Positions 16,465 through 16,466 of a stretch of 16,466 bases of DNA are shown in pieces (position 1 is the first letter of the stretch; each line of letters starts with the position of its first letter). Made by a program: the position numbers and the translations under genes. Source of the stretch: Tolypothrix carrinoi HA7290-LM1 (GTDB lineage Bacteria > Cyanobacteriota > Cyanobacteriia > Cyanobacteriales > Nostocaceae); NCBI GenBank assembly GCA_019358935.1, contig JAHHIK010000147.1, forward strand, positions 1 through 16,466, given 5' to 3'. The notes below the pieces were generated by a model, which ran no database searches, was not told the origin of the DNA, and saw nothing but the letters and a program-made list of their open reading frames with translations.

Positions 16465-16466
16465 GT

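Overview
A chromosomal accessory-type window from a cyanobacterium, probably a filamentous Nostocales-like strain: at least 16 exact HIP1 octamers (GCGATCGC) plus STRR/SDR/REP-like repeats. From left to right: (1) the decayed arm of a foreign integrated element (P-loop ATPase remnant, IS110-like transposase remnant, an uncalled 53-aa CxxC/CxxC ORF) that runs straight into the 3' end of a dienelactone hydrolase gene; (2) a photolyase/cryptochrome gene cut short by a 27-bp insertion into a HIP1 site; (3) a CIA30/NAD(P)-binding protein, a secreted coiled-coil protein and a GFA protein; (4) a 10 x 21-bp tandem array; (5) a tandemly duplicated, mosaic two-gene module (small protein plus DTGF retropepsin-like protease) whose second protease is split by a 230-bp non-autonomous element, also present at 3.4 kb and at the same GAAAGTCA target; (6) two divergent GAF-LuxR/target-gene units (DUF3386-like and DJ-1/PfpI) that share an operator-like motif and flank a RelE-like TA pair; (7) rlpA, a hydantoinase B/oxoprolinase gene, a DUF433/DUF5615 TA pair and a GNAT pseudogene. 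All family calls come from motif recognition, not database searches.
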